This document shows, one piece after another, positions 23,086 through 37,545 of a DNA stretch of 64,000 nt. Location of the stretch: positions 132,558,001 through 132,622,000 of the forward strand of contig NW_024704742.1 in the NCBI RefSeq assembly GCF_018977255.1. The letters are read 5' to 3'. Positions within the stretch are counted from its first letter, which is position 1. Each line of letters opens with the position of its first letter. The notes under the pieces were generated by a model. The model did no database searches and was not told the origin of the DNA. It worked only from the letters and a program-made list of their open reading frames with translations. Source of the DNA: Callorhinchus milii (lineage: Eukaryota). The translations under genes and the position numbers were made by a program.

Positions 23086-25911
23086 TTTGAGTACTCTTAA
23101 GTGTGGCAATTGTTTTCCAAATATACTGTAAACAAGGTAGAAAATTTGCACAAAACAATCTCCCACAAACAGCTGTGAACTGAATCTGGACGATTGTTGG
23201 CCCAGAGACAAACCTGGTGACTCCCTTCTTCCTTTTTGGTATCTTAAATATGCACTTGAATGGGCAGATGGGATCTCGGTTTAATGGACCCTGCCTCTAT
23301 TTGGCAGGGCATTCCGCATCCCAACAACCCTCTCCAGCAAGGAATGGGAATAGAATGGTTAGCTGCAGTGGAGCAGGAGGAAGGACTTAAATAACCTGCT
23401 TCTGTGATTTCCATGGTTCTACACTCTCAACTCACAGGCTGTGCTGACCCTCCAATGGAAAGCTAAGGGTACACCGCATTGTTGGAAGTGTCGTTCTTAG
23501 GATCAGATATTAAACCAAGGCCCCGTCTGTTTGTTCAGGTGGACATTAAAGATCCCAAAAACTTCAAAAAGAGAAGGGAGTTTCTGCCAGTGCCCTGGCC
23601 AACAATCCCAAATATAATTGTTTTTTTCTGATAGCAGAGAGGAGAGTGCGGACAGGGAGCTAGGGACAGGGCAAGGGTTAAAAGTATCAGAATGTTGGCA
23701 ATAGTGGAGTAAAACCAATACAATACAAACAGAGCAGAGCATTCAAGTCATGATGCTAAATCTTCATTTCGCTGACTTTCATCTGTTCTTCATCAAGGAT
23801 TCTCCTTTGTATTGAAAAGGACGTTTGCTCAGTTTCTGTTCCCAGACACTTCATTCTTCATTGCCCAAGCCGAACACCTACAAACTTTGTTGCATTCACA
23901 CACTGTGACTTAAACAGTAAATTGTCTTGTCATGGGGACTTTGATGTTCGCCAGTACAGACAGCCTGGATGTTAGCTTAATGTCTTACCTAAAGCACAGT
24001 ATCGTGTCCCTGCATGTCCTTCATGCCCTCGGTTCCACCATTGGCGGCTGCACTTTCGGCCACTGTGACCTGAAAATCTTCCTCTATCGCTCCGCCTTGT
24101 CCCTCTTTCTCCATCTTCAGAGTGCACGTGAACACCTTCCTCTTCGACTGTGCTTACGGTCACCTCCCACCCGGCTCGGTGTCGTGCTCTGCCACAATCA
24201 ATCGCTCTGAGACGCTACCCTGCACGAGGGGCGCTATATAAATGCAAGTTGTTGTTGCATCTCTGGCAATGCAGTTCTCCCCTTAGGGCTGCGTTGGGGT
24301 GTGTTTTGCAGCTGTACGAATGATGCGGAAAGTGTGAACGAAGGGCTGTCGTGGTTTGCAGATGTTACAGATGTTCTTATTCACTTTGTGGGTTTGTGGG
24401 ATGCTCGCAGAGATTGAGATTTAATGAGCCATTGGTGCTTGAGGAGTTGCATGGGGACTCGAAGTACGAGATGCCCCTGCACGAGATGCACGGTGAATGG
24501 TGCCTTCTGTGCCGCCAGGGCTATTCCAAGCCTGACCAGCGCAGATCACTGGCTTCCAAAAAGCCATTTCTCGGATCACAGCTAATGTGCTCAGGCACTC
24601 AACCAGCTTCTCCACATGAGAGATCTGTTCTCAAATAAGGAAACTGTTTCCACTGGCGGGTGGGTCGGTAACCAGAGGAGACAGATTTAAGACAATTGAT
24701 TTAAGATAAAAGCAGGATGAGTCCCTCCAGGGAGAGAGTGCGCATTCCATTCCAGCAATCTATCTCTGAAATTTCCATGCGTAGGTGGGATGCATGGATT
24801 TGTCAGCTTGGTTTAGATAGTGCACATGTGTCAGACACCCGGCTGACCAAAAAAAACACCCAAAACAATTTGACTTCAGGAAACTCCGAAATGCAACTTG
24901 ATTGAATAAAATCGAGAAACAAAAGGAATTTGTTTAATAATACAGTAATGGGCTTTCTAAGGTTTAAATGTACTTTCCGCAAAATCCTGTTGAGAAAATA
25001 AATGATAGTTAAAATGGATTAAAAATAAAATTGGCAACTGTGCTACTTGCCCAGCTAGGGCCATGCTTTGGCTTGAATATAGGGTGTGGGGAAGTGAGCC
25101 TTTGTATCCAGTGGTAGAGATGGCTCCAATGGTCCATGACATGACTTCAAAATTGTAAGTTCTCAGCTGTTAGAGGGGCTGTGCTGTTGTTCACAGATTG
25201 GCTTCCACATTTGCTAGAAACACAGAGTCAATAGCCAGCTACAACAGCAATAGCAATAAACCTTGCATTTGATACAGTGGTGTGTGGCCATTTCTCCACA
25301 AAATACACAGTCATAGGAACATAAGAAATGCTGGACGATAAAAAGACCAAGGTCCATCTAGTTCACCTTCCAGGCGGTCGCATGCACATATTTCCTATGT
25401 ACTATATCCCATAATGTTATTTCTTAAAAGAAAGCTATTGAATTTGGGTTTGAAGGAATCAACATTTCCTGCTTCAACTGTCTTACTGAGGAGCCTGTTC
25501 CATAGGTTTACAATTCGCTTACTGAAATTGTTTTTCCACTATATATATGTAATATATATATATATTTAATGGGCATTTCTCTCACAAAATATACAGTCAA
25601 CCCGCTTTACAAAATATTCTGTGAAGTGCTTTGAGACGTCTGAATGATGTGATAAGGTGCTATATCAAATGCAAGGATTATTATTATATATAAAGTTACA
25701 ATCAGCCAAATAAATAAAAAAAACAAGGGCATTGAAAGATGCTGGGATGCAGAGTTTAAAAGGCCCTCCTGGCAGGGAGGAGGGGAGGCGGTTGGGGAAC
25801 TCATCTATATTAATGATGGATGTATATTCTCTTTTCTCCAATTCAATAACAAACAGCTAAAAATAATTTAAAATAAAACCTGCCTCTGATTCCAACATAT
25901 TACATATTTGT

Positions 25912-26232
25912 GGAGTCCTGTAGCTCAGTGGTTAGAGCACTCGCTTTGCAAGTGAGAGACCTGAGTTCAATCACAGGCAGGTCAGGGCGAAACCTTGGGC
26001 AAGTTTCCTTACTCCACACGCCTAATAATAATCCCTCCAAAAACCAAAAACAATAATAAATTGGTCATTTTCAATCTAAGATTGTTTGTGGGACATTGCT
26101 ATGCGCAATTGGCTGCCGCGTTCGCCCACAAATGTACAGTCAATTCACTTTACAGTGTGTTCTGTGAAGCGCTTTGGGACGTCCTCCCAACGTGAAAAGC
26201 GCTATATCAAATGCAAGGATTATTATTATTAT
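25912..26232 (+). mobile_element. CORE-type SINE, young internally deleted subfamily
   Basis: Near-identical to copies at 1117, 42895 and 55457. Confidence 0.9.
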
Positions 26233-26504
26233 TACAACTTTACAGTAAAACACTGTGAAGCGCTTTGAGATGGCCTCCCTGAAGCGATAGGCATTGTATC
26301 AAAATTAAGGATTAGTATTGCACCATTGAGATGTATCAAAATGCTTCACAGGATTTTAATGTGAAGTGCAGCAATTGTGGATATGCAGGCAAACACTTCA
26401 ACCAATTTGTGAACAATGTCCCACAAACAGCCAGGAAGTAATGACAATTTTTTTTTACCTGGGGCACTGTTGGCTAGGATGCAGGAAAAACTATCATCAT
26501 CATC

Positions 26505-26940
26505 ATAATAATGATAATCCTTGCATTTGGCATAGCACCTTATCACATTGGAAGGACATCTCAAAACACCTCACATAAATTTTGGAATGACTGTGTACCT
26601 GTAGGCAAACACAGCAGCCAATTGCACAAACAGCTATGAAATGAATGACTTACTTTATCTGGGAGTTTGTTGGCCAGGACACCAGGAGAAACTCCCTTCA
26701 CTTCTCGAATGGTGCCGTAGGACCTTTAACATTCACTTGAACAGGCAGATGGGACCTCAGATTAACATTTCATCTGAAGGACAGAACCTCTGGCAATGCA
26801 ACACCCCTTCCAATACCCCCCCCCCCCCCCGCCCCCCAACTGCATTGGAGTGTCAGTTTAGATTGTGTGAGTCAAGTCCTGACGTGGGATTTGAATCCAC
26901 AACCTTCTGACTCAGAGGTGAGAGTGCTACCAACTGAGCC
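26505..26940 (-). mobile_element. Deu-domain SINE (AmnSINE/SINE3/SacSINE-like central domain), near full length
   Basis: Minus strand: tRNA-like head ggctcagttggtagcactctcacctctgagtcagaaggttgtggattcaaatccc, Deu-like ccttcagatgaaatgttaatctgaggtccc...gaagggagtttctcctggtgtcctggccaa, then the shared SINE tail. Confidence 0.75.
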
Positions 26941-28697
26941 AGTATTGCCTTGGGATCATTTTGACATTCATCCGGGCCGGGGTCCCTGTGCAGTGCTTTG
27001 AGGTATGATGCCATTCGACACCAAATGCAGGCAAATCTGGGTGAAATGAGTTGTTCAGCTTGTGGCTGTTTATGGGGCCTCGTGGGTGTAAATATAGTCT
27101 CCGTGTTACAGACGCTCCAGTTGACAGTAATTATTGCAAAGGGCTTGCAGGCATTTTGACACGATAAGCAGGAACTATACAAATGTCTTTGCTTTACAGG
27201 CTGTCCTTGCTGAGCGATCATTAAATCCTATCCTCCAGCACAGGATGAGAACCAGCTTAGTCATTCGCCCTGAGTTCAATTCAGTCAGGGTTTGTGGCAG
27301 ATTTTTGGCTGCTAGTCCATGAATACCATTAATTTAGAGTCCACTCATATCAGGCCTCAGTTGTCTCTTTCTCTCTCTTTCCCCCCTGTATTGTGGAGGT
27401 TTATAAGGTTGAATTTCATCTCACTGAGAGCAGGGATTCTTTCCACTCGGATCCCGTTACTGCTGCAAGCCAAAGCCCTAATGTGTAGGGTAGTTCCAAA
27501 CTGGACAAGCAGCTGGAAGATTCCCAGACAGTGCTCCCAATGATAAATTATAGAGTTTTAGTTGGTTACACTCCAGCAGTTAGCCCAATGCACATGCTGA
27601 GGTCACCAAGCCCCTCCATGTTCTGCCAAGCTATTGTCAAAGATATTCCAGTCCCGCCTTCCTGTTCAGGTGGACAATAAAGATCCCACAGCATTATTTT
27701 GCCCCCACCATCTGGAACTCCATCCCACAGTCCCTCTGCCTCGCCCCCTTCCTTGCCGCCTTCAAGACCCATCTCAAGATCCTCCTCTTCGATCATGCCT
27801 TCAGCACCCTCTAATCCCTACCCTCCCCGCCCTTCACCCCTCCTGATCCCGACCACCAGCTCGGGTGCGGATCCCTGACCGTCCAGCACCTTGGGAAGCC
27901 CTCCTGACGTGAAAGGCACTGTACAAATGTAATTTGTTGTTTGTTTGTGGAACGAGGCAGGCTGGAGTACTGTGAAGCAGCCTGATTCAGGCGCTAGACT
28001 ACTGAGCCCACCAGAGAATACACTCAATTCCAGTCTTCCAGCACTAGCCATGTTACCTTGGAGCCTCCTCAATCCGAGGCAATCCTGCTTACCTCCCTGC
28101 CTTGGGGAAAGGAGGGAATTTCAAATCAGATTGTAACAACAACCCACAAATAAGCAATGGTATATGTTGTGCTTCTTCACACAGAGGATGGTGAGAATGT
28201 ACAACGCACTCCCTGAGAATGTGGTTGAAGCAGAAAGCATTAACTTAATTTAAGAGGAAACTTGATGCAAACATGAGAGACAAGGGACTACAGGTTAAAG
28301 ATGAGACATCTAGGTGTGGTTGACGCTGGTGGGGAGTATAAATACAGGCACAGATTAGTTGAGGCAAGTGGTGTTTTTAGGTACCATATGTAGTTCTATG
28401 TAGTTCTGTGTAGGAGTACCATAAAATAACACTTGATTTTGATAGGGCATTTATTACTTTAAAGCTTCTCGGTGCAACCAGCTAATATGCAGCACATTGA
28501 TCTTGCTCAGGTCAATTTGCAGCACAGAACTCGAGGGCTTGAAAAATAAAGAGCATATCTGGATACGAGAGATTAAATGGCGGTAGCAGATTTCACAATC
28601 TGTTCCCACCATCTTGAATCACAATGAATCCTATGGAAGATTTAACATGACATCTTCATGGCTCAGGCAGTGGGCTAAGGCACACATGAACTCTAAG

Positions 28698-29075
28698 TAA
28701 TAATAATATAATAATCCTTGCATTTGATATAGCGCCATATCACATCAATGAGATGTCTCAAAATACTTTACAGAATATACTGTAAAGTAAATTGACTGTA
28801 TATTTTATGGGCAAAACGCGGCAGCCAATTGCACATAGCAGTGTCCCACAAACAATCGTAGATTGAGTAACCAAATGATTATTATTTTTTTTGAAGGGAT
28901 TATTACCCCCGAAAAGCGATCTGCATTGACTAATAACTGGGGTCCTACTTACTGCTGAGTAAACAGAAGTGTGTGGAATAAGGAAACTTGACTATGGTTT
29001 TGTTTTGTCTGGGAATCAAACCCAGGTCCTCTCGCTTGTGAGACGAGTGCTCTAACCACTATGCTACAGGACTCC
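28698..29075 (-). mobile_element. CORE-type SINE, full-length form
   Basis: Head ends ...gctacaggactcc; full body; tail. Confidence 0.85.
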
Positions 29076-30303
29076 ACATCCTTCTGACTCAGAGGCGAGT
29101 GTGCTACCAACTGAGCCAGGCTGACACTCTCTGACTGATTGACTGACAAGAACATTCAGTGTTCCTCCCAGAAATAATGCTCAGAATGTCTCCTGCAGCT
29201 AAACTTGACCTTGTGTACAATGAGTGTGTTGGGTTCTGTCATTTCCATCTGACTCGGGACTTAGATTTATCTCTTCCGTTTAGTCCAGGTTCTGGGTGCT
29301 TGAGTGATATAAAGTTTCCCTTGTTTGTTTCCCACTCACCCAGCATGTAGAGACAATTGCCTTCTTATGCCTTCTTATACCAAGCATTCATACCATGCTT
29401 TTCACCCACAAAATACAATTCAATCAATTCAATTTACAGTGTATTCTGTGAAACGTTTTGAGACGTCTCAATAATGTAAAATGCGCTATATCAAATGCAA
29501 GGATTATTATTCTTGTTATTATTCACTGGGAAAAGGATTCCTTGTCACGTCCCAAAGGATCCCCTGCATCACAAGCACATTGAGGGGAAGATCTCTGTGC
29601 AAGTAAAGCTTTTTAGAGTAGATGAATGTGGTTGCTTTTTCATGAGAAGCTCTGTTTCATATATACATACATTCACATGCGCGCGCACACACACACACAC
29701 ACACACATACATACGGTGATGAGTTTCTGGATGCATAAGATACCGACTGACCAAGGAAAATCGTACCCACAAATTATTGTGTGGATTGCATAGGGCATCG
29801 GTTCTGGGTTGTGATGGACAGACAATAGGAATGTTTTCTTTATCCTGAGGATAGCAAATAACTGAAAGGGTTTATCAGGTACAGGCCAGGACTCAGAGAC
29901 TCATTAAAGTAGCTATTTGATGCTGTGACGTGACAACAGTAGTGCGAGGTGGAGGTGTGGAGTTCCAGAGAGTGTGGGCAGAATGGCTTTGCTCGCCTGC
30001 TGATGATGGGGCGGGGGACTTGAAGCAGGCTGGTTTGAGGTGAGTGGAGGGAGGGGTTGCACTGGTAGGGTACAATGGTAGGATGGGAGGGGTGGTGAGG
30101 TCATGGAGAGATTTGAACGTGAGCACTAGGATCTTGAATTCGATCCAAAGGGGGATGGGGATCCCAATGGAACAAAGTGAGAATGGGGGAGGGGGGTGGC
30201 GGTGGGGGTGGTGATAGTCTCTCAGAGTTTGATGCAGGAGAAGACATTGGCTGCAGAATCCTGCAAAGAAGAGATAAAGTAAGGAGCAAAGTGATTGGAA
30301 TTA

Positions 30304-30730
30304 CAACAACAACAAGATTCCATTTATAGAGCGCCTTTCACGTCGGGAGGACGTTCCAAGGCGCTGTACAGTTGGGTCAGGACCCGAGCAGGGGGGAAAT
30401 GGTCAGGGTGAGGGGAGGGAAGGGAGGGGACGAGGAGGGGTAGAGAGTCGAGAGGGGAGCTGAAGGCACGGTCAAAGAGAAAGGTCTTGAGACCGGCCTT
30501 GAAGGAGGAAAGGGAGGAGGCGGCGAAGGCACTGGGGGATAGAGTTCCAGAGCCTCGGGGCTGAGAGGCTGAAGGTCCGGCCACCGATGGAAGGGCGGCT
30601 GGGGCGGGGGATGTGGAGCAGACCGGAGCCAGAGGAACGGAGGGCAGGTAGGTAGGGGGATAGTAGGTCAGAGAGGTAGGAGGGAGCAAGGCCGTGAATG
30701 GCCTTGTAGGTGAGGATGAGGATCTTGAAT
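30304..30730 (-). mobile_element. L2 3' fragment, young subfamily
   Basis: Same sequence family as the 58383 and 59391 copies. Confidence 0.9.
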
Positions 30731-31924
30731 TGTTTTTCTTTAGGGTGGGAGGGAAAAGGGGAGACTTTGGATTGAAGGAGCTTTAATAGAGTGGTGAAAT
30801 ATAACGCAATCATTCCCTAGTTTGGTAAAGTTATTCATTTTCGCGGCTCGGAGCTGAGTAACTGCAGAGAAAAAGATTAATTTGACAAGTTTATATAATG
30901 AACACAAGAACATTTGAAATTGCTGCAGAACATTGGGTGGAATAACAAGAGGAGCCCGTTTGAAAGCCATGATAATGGGGATGTGCGTTTTATGAAATCG
31001 ACCTTTGTGGTTGCTTACAGTGCATAAATGCCCAAAGTCTGCATTGTGTGCAAGCCCAGAGGTCTCATGTGGACTAACTAATGCATGCAGTACTTTACGC
31101 TGATTCAGCCTCTGATGGTTAACTCTTCATAGGAAAGTCTGTTTGGAAGAACGTAAGGAAGGGCAGAACAATGGAACAAGACATCACAATAATAACAATA
31201 ATAATATTAATAAGATAAGGTGATTATTATTATTATTAACCTTGCATTTGTTATAGTGCCTTTCACATCAGAAAGACGTCCCAAAATTCTTCACAGGCCG
31301 TAGTGTAGAGTGGAGTGACTGTGTATTTGTGGATGAAATGCCCACCGCCAGTTTCCACACAGGAATATCCCACAAATAGCCATGGAGTGAGTTACCATTT
31401 TTATTTAAGGGATTGTCGGTCAGGACACCATGAAATTTACAGTATGGAAGAAAGCCAACCGCCCCATTATATGTTCCATTAACCTCATTTTGTTGCTTGC
31501 TCCTTCCCCTCCTTCAAAACACCTCTTTGACCTCAATTCTGGTCGTCAGACTCCACCACTGTCAAGTGCTCTGGGACCTTACCCTGCATAAAGGGCGCTA
31601 TATAAAGGCAACGTGTTGTTGTTGTCTTTCCCCTCCCACCCCCCGGTTCCCACCCCCAGCACGGGTGTCCGTCCAGCGCTGTCAAGCGCTTTGAAACGTC
31701 CTCTCGATGTGAAAGATGCTGTATAACTGTAAATTGTATTGTTTTATCCCGTACATACTCCTGCAAATTACTCCTTTGTAACATTATAATAATAATCCTT
31801 GCATTTGATACTGCGCCTTTCACGTTGGAAGAACATCTCAAAGCACTTCACAGGATATACTGTAGATATCATCTTAAGCACTGTGATAGGCTTTTGCATA
31901 GGTGCATAGGACTCCTTCTACGTA

Positions 31925-32234
31925 GGAGTCCTGTAGCTCAGTGGTTAGAGCACTCGCCTCATAAGCGAGAGACCTGGGTTTGATTCCCGGCAGGGCAAAA
32001 CCTTGGGTAAGTTTCCTTACTCCACACGCCTGATAATAATTATTCAAAAAAAAGATAATAAATTGGTCACTTCAATCCACGACTGTTTGTGGGACACTGT
32101 TGTGCGCAATTGGCTGCTGCGTTTCGCCCACAAATTTACAGTCAATTCACTTTACAGTCTATTCTGTGAAGTGTTTTGAGACGTCTAGAAGACGTGAAAA
32201 AGCACTATATCAAATGCAAGGATTATTATTATTA
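31925..32234 (+). mobile_element. CORE-type SINE, internally deleted, older tail variant
   Basis: ggagtcctgtagctcagtggttagagc head; lacks the central segment; tail gagacgtctagaagacgtg. Confidence 0.88.
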
Positions 32235-35200
32235 TAGGTCAGCCGCCCGCTTTCAATAAAAACACTCAGTTCTCATGGGGGAATGCTCTCTATTTATCTA
32301 AGGCTGGATTATACTAGAGTGTTTTTCTACAGGTGCGTGCTGATGCGTTTTTTTCTGAATGATACAATACCCCTCACAGCACCCAAACAGACCCGGTTTC
32401 CCTCTAACCGTTTGAGAGGTTAGTTTTTCTTAGAAAAAAAACATTGCAAATCTGAATGTCGCAAATAGCACATTTTGCAGCTAACGTCATGTGTCGAATC
32501 TCCCTGCTGATCCACAAAGTTATAAAAAGAATTAAAAAGGGATGTGAAAGAACACTGGCCTCTCGGTGGCTTTAAATCATAACAAAGACACCTATACTGG
32601 TGTGCGACTCAGAGAGAAGCACTAATCTCTGCTGTATGGTTCTTAGGGGTGTGAGAACCCATTATCAGCTGTTACTCTCTTCAGAGAAAAAACCTTTGTT
32701 TTCAGTCAGTGGGTCTGACACATTGCATTATATCCCGTGAAGCGCTTTGGGACATCATCCTGATGTTTAAGCCCTCCGCGAGGCTACCATGCGTGAAGGG
32801 CACTACATAATGCTGTAAAACATAATAATAATGCTTGCATTTGATATAGCACCTTATCTTGTTGTTGAGATGTGTAAAGGGGTTCACAGAATATATTGTC
32901 AAGTGTATTCTGTGGGCAAAATGTGGCAGCCAATTACGCACAGTGTCCCACAAACAGCCATGGATTGAGTGAACAATGTTTTTCTTGGAGGGATTATTAC
33001 CCCCGGAAAGCAATTCGCTAATCGATTAACTACTGGGTTTCTACTTACCACTAGGTAAACAGAGGCTTGTAGAATAAGGAAACCGAGTCCTCTTCCTTGC
33101 GAGGCAATTGTGCTAACCACTATGCTATAGACTTGAGAAGCACTCTGGGACATCCTACTGACGCAAAAGGCGCTGTATTAAATGTAAGAATTATTATTGT
33201 GAAGATTATTTACCAAGATATGTCCCATCTTGAGACTTTTCCGGAGATAGTCTGTCTGGGCCACTAGTCCCCAAAGAGAGGAATGACATTGAGAAGATGT
33301 GAGAGGTTTGTAAGGTTGAATGCTCTGCTGTAAAACAAGGAAGCTTGCCATTAGATAAAGCTACTTCCTTTGCTTGTCAAGCTCCCCAACCTGAATATTA
33401 ATGGCCCTGGGCAGGGCAAAATCTTAGCAAGTTTCCTTACTCCACACACCTTCGCTTACCGAGTGGTAAGTAGGAACCTGGTTGTTAGTTGATTGGCGGA
33501 TAATTATTTGGTCACTCAATCCACGACTGTTTGTGGGACACTGCTGTGCGCAATTGCCTAACATGTTTCGCCCACTAAATATACAGTCAATTTACTTTAC
33601 AGTATATTCTGTAAAGCTCTTTGAGACATCTCAGCGACATGAAAGGCGATATATCAAATGCTATGATTATGATCGTGATTACGATTATTATTATTATTAT
33701 TTATAAATGGAATCTTGTTGTTGTTGTTATTAGTCTTTTAAGTCTTGCCTTAAAACCTGTGGAGTCATTTGAGACATCTCACCGACGTGATAAGGCTCTG
33801 TATCCAACACGATTATTATTTTTTCTGCCTTGGGGGAGCCAGGGACCACTGTACATCCTGTCATCTGGGGCTGTTTGAAGGATACCTCCACAACATCCCA
33901 GCCTGGTCTTCACCCACTCAGAACATACAAAGTTGTAAAATAGCTCAATTCACTATCAGCACATTACAAAAAAAATCTGGGGATTGAATGTTAAAATCTG
34001 CTTCAGGCTCTCTTTGCTCTTCAGTGAGCTGGTTAAGTATTTTTAAAATGCCATTTCCGACTGTCTTCTTGACATCTTTTGCAACCATTACAATATGATT
34101 AATAATAATAATAATCGTTGTATTTGGCGTAGCGCCTTTCAAGTCATGAGGATGTCTCGAACCTCTGCACCCGATTTACAATAACAACATATTACACTCG
34201 TATAGCGCCCTTCATGTCGGAACGATGTTCCCGGGCGCTGGACAGTCAGGGTTTTTTGGACGTGGGATCAGGAAGGGTGGAGACAGGAGGGTTGGGGGTA
34301 GGAGGGTGGCCAGAGGCACGGTCGAAGACGGTACTTGAAGGAGGCAAGAGAGGCGATGAGGCAGGGGGATTTTGGGATAGAGTCCAGAGTGTGGGAGCAG
34401 AGATAACCAATGCCAACCAATGCCCGACAACCAATGATTTACTGTGAAATGTGATCACCATGTAGGTGAACGCAGCAGCCAATTTTAATAATAATAATAA
34501 TAATAATAATCCTTGCATTTGATATAGCGCTTTTCACGTCGGGAGGACGTCCCAAAGCGCTTCACAGAATATACTGTAAAGTGAATTGACTGTATATTTG
34601 TGGGAGAACGCGGCAGCCAATTGCGCACAGCAATGTCCCACAAACAGTCGTAGATTGAAAATGACCAATTTATTATTGTTTTTGGTTTTGGAGGGATTAT
34701 TATCTCACAGTAATGTCCCACAAACAGCCATGGAGTGAGTGACCAATTTTATTTGGTGGATTGTTGGTAAAGACATCAGGAGAAATTCCCTTCTCTTTCG
34801 AATAGTGCTACAGGATATTTAACATCCACCTTAATCGACAGATGGGACCGCAGTTAAACCTCTCATCTGAAGGATGCCATCTTCAGCAATCCAACAGACC
34901 CCAGCACTGCATTGGAGTTCAGCACAGACTATGTATTATATGAAAAAGTGCACGTTTTGCCCACAAACTAAATGGTTAATTCACTTTACAGTATATTATT
35001 TAAAGCGCTTTTAGATATCTCAATTACATGATAAGGCGCTATATCAAATGCAAGGATTATTATATATTATAAGACAACAATTATTATTATTTTTCCAGGC
35101 GAATAGTTTACACACAGCGATGTTCTACAAACAGCCATGAAGTGAATGATCAATTTTTTCTGTGGCCAGGACATCGGGACTTATACCACCTTTCATATCG

Positions 35201-35399
35201 GGAGGTTGGATTCAAAGTGCAAGGCAGGATTTTAACTCCATTAAATGTGGGAGAACGATTTGATTTTAAAATAGCCTAATGGGAAGCTCCTGGCACTTCA
35301 TTTGAGGATGAATATCAAGGACTCAGAGAGAGGCAAGTTCAATGGGATAAGTTGAGGGATGAGAAGCTGTACTGAGCCATACTCAGTGTTGATTCCCGC

Positions 35400-36460
35400 A
35401 ATGTAATGGTTAGAGCACTCGCCTCGCAAGTGAGAAGAGTTGTGTTCAATTCCTGGGCAGGGCAAAAGCTTAGGCAAGTTTCCTTACTCCACACACCTCT
35501 TTTTAGGTGTCTTGTTCAACCCTCAACTGTCTTTTCTGCCCCACATTCAAGCTATGACCTGCTCTGCCTTCTCTCACCTCCGTAACATCGCCCGACTCCG
35601 CCACTACCTCACTTCTCAGGGCGCTGAAACTCTTGTTCATGCCTTCATCACCTCCAGGCTCAACTATGCAAACGTCCTGCTTGTCGGCCTTCCCAACTCC
35701 TCCCTCCACAGGCTGCAGATAATCCAGAACTCTGCAGCCCGTGTCCTCTCCCGCACCAAACTCCGTGACCCCATCTCCCCTATTCTCGCCGACTCCATTG
35801 GCTCCTTATCCTTCAGAGGATCCAGTTCAAGATCCTGGTCCTCACCTACAAAGCCCTCCACAGCCTCGCCCCACCCTACCTCTGCAACCTCCTAACACCC
35901 TACCAACCCGCCCGTTCCCTCCGCTCAGCCGGCTCAGGTCTGCTCCACGTCCCCCGACCCACCTGCCCAACCATTGGCGGGAGAGCCTTCAGCCATTCTG
36001 CCCCCAACCTCTGGAATTCCATCCCCCAATCACTCCGCCTCGCCCCCTCCTTAGCCTCCTTCAAGTCCCGCCTCAAGACCCTCCTCTTCGACTATGCCAT
36101 CGGCCACCCCCCAGCCCTCCCAGCTCGGGTCTGAAATGCTGTACACTGTCCAGGACCTTGGGACGTCCTCCTGACTTGAAAGGAACACAAATGTAATCTT
36201 GTTGTTGTTGTTTACCTAACAGTAAATAGAAACTCAGTTGCTAGTCGATTGGCTTTCTGGGGCTAATAATCCCTTATATAACAAAAATGTGGTCACTCAA
36301 TCCACGACTGTTTGTCAAGTGCTGCTGTGCACAACTTGCTGCCGCGTTCCGCCCACAGAATACACAGTTAATTCACTTTATAGTATATTCTGTGAAGCGC
36401 TTTGAGACGTCTCAATGACATGATAAAGTAGTACATCAAATGCAAGCATTATTGTATTAT
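35400..36460 (+). mobile_element. CORE-type SINE interrupted by a 5'-truncated L2 LINE (L2 about 35503-36210)
   Basis: SINE stops at ccacacacctct and resumes at tttacctaacag after the L2 (TTG)n tail. The L2 part encodes HLRNIARLR...VHAFITSRLNY...LQIIQNSAAR. Confidence 0.85.
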
Positions 36461-37545
36461 ACTCAGGTCTCCGAGACACTACCCCGCATGAAGGACACTA
36501 TATAAACGCAAGTTGTTGTTGTCGTACAAGAGAAGGTGGGGCTGTCTTCACTAAAATCAGAGAATTTGGTCGGTCTGACCATCCGCCTTTTATCACTAAA
36601 ATAAAATTGAGAGCGCAGATAATCCCAGGCTTTCAAATAACAAGAGACCACGAGAAAATAGATTGTAGCAGATTATGTAACTTGGATTGCAATCAGTGGG
36701 ACAGATGTATAATTAACCCAAACCTCGAGGGAGATTAGTGAATGGAAGAAAGATCTTTCCTATTGATTAGTCAGTAAATGGGACAGACATCAGCAGCGGT
36801 TAATGCTTTGTTGATTGTACTCACTCTATGGCTGTTTGTGGGACATTGCTGTGTACATATCAGCTGCTGCATTCTTCCACAAAATACACACAGCCAAACC
36901 ACTTTACAGTATTTCCTGTGAAGTGCTTTCAGTCTTCTCGAGGGCATGATGACATTATATCAAATGCAAGAATTATTATTATTTATTATTCTTTTGGGTG
37001 AACAATCCCTATCTTTCTGATCCGTTTGTAATCCCACTCTCCTGCTCACTCCCCCACCCCTGGCACACAGCTGGATGTCCTCCGCCCTCTCTGAACCATC
37101 ATCAGTGGCCGAGTCTTCAGTCATTCTATTCCTCAACCTCGGGAATCCCTGAACCTCACCTTCTCTCTTTATATCCCTCTTTAGAACCTTCGACTGCGCC
37201 TATGGTCAGTCTGTTCCCGCTTCCTTCTTACTCAACGTATAACTCTGCCACTGTGAAGCACTCCAAGTCGTAATTCTATGCGCAGTAAATTATATCAACA
37301 CAAGTTGCTTCGTGAAATGTCTGAGAATCAGATCGAAAATCGCAATGTGAAAATGTTGGAATTTCTCACAGTCTTAGACCATTAACTTACAATTATAGAT
37401 TTTGAAGGATTTTTCTATTGACATACAGTGCCTTTTCACATCAGAAGGATAACTCAAAATGCTTCTCAAAAGCATGTGTAATGTGTAGTGACTGTGTACT
37501 TTGGAGGCGAATGCAGCATCCAATTGGCACACATCAATATAAAGA

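Noticed and set aside
31925..32000. tRNA genes at the many gtagctcagtggttagagc...ggttcgattcc motifs
   Set aside because: Each continues directly into SINE body and tail; they are tRNA-derived SINE heads.
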